Below, piece by piece: positions 35,119 through 35,319 of a stretch of DNA of 35,319 bases (the first letter of the stretch is position 1; each line of letters opens with the position of its first letter). This DNA comes from Halocafeteria seosinensis. Its lineage: Eukaryota. The stretch is taken from NCBI GenBank assembly GCA_001687465.1, contig LVLI01000378.1:1-35319 (forward strand), written 5' to 3'. A program made the translations under genes and the position numbers. The notes beneath the pieces were generated by a model. The model was given only the letters and a program-made list of their open reading frames with translations, was not told where the DNA came from and made no database searches.

Positions 35119-35132
35119 GTATATTCATGTGG

Positions 35133-35319
35133 TTATACTCCCCTAACAAGTTTAAAGTGAGTTCGGATCCCCCAGAAGTATTCCCCTGTAGAATCATTAC
35201 AAAACATAATGTCTTTCCGATCGATTGCCTCGTTAGCTAGACGGTCAGCCTCCGTGTTTTCCTCCCGAGGAACATGATGCAGCGAGATAGACTTCACCTG
35301 TGGCTGCTCCCGCAAACGC
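35133..35319 (-). CDS. C-terminal part of a second RNase HI domain, cut by the window edge; host gene or element not determinable
   Basis: ISLHHVPREENTEADRLANEAID followed by a stop, with no disruption in the visible part. Confidence 0.75.
   Translation of the reverse strand, partial: RLREQPQVKSISLHHVPREENTEADRLANEAIDRKDIMFCNDSTGEYFWGIRTHFKLVRGV

Overview
Gene-dense eukaryotic DNA from what looks like a ciliated/flagellated protist: short (~45-80 nt) GT-AG introns, tiny intergenic gaps and basal-body genes. The lineage cannot be fixed from sequence alone. Host genes, left to right: a partial unknown gene, a C2CD3-like protein, an unknown low-complexity protein, a TPR protein, MKS1, mitochondrial uL11, a metallophosphoesterase, an NTPCR-type NTPase, three clustered SET/Rubisco-LSMT-like paralogs with signal-peptide-like N-termini, a MON1-like protein, a long Zn-dependent deaminase-domain protein, an unknown Ser-rich protein and a WD40 protein. 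The last ~2.6 kb is a scrambled, two-strand mosaic of decayed CRE-like (RLE-type) non-LTR retrotransposon fragments and RNase H pieces. The most striking observation is an intact tRNA-Asp(GUC) gene on a 100-nt segment that interrupts the reverse transcriptase coding sequence; removing the segment restores the RT frame and motif spacing. Exon structures were built by eye and family calls come from remembered motifs, not database searches.
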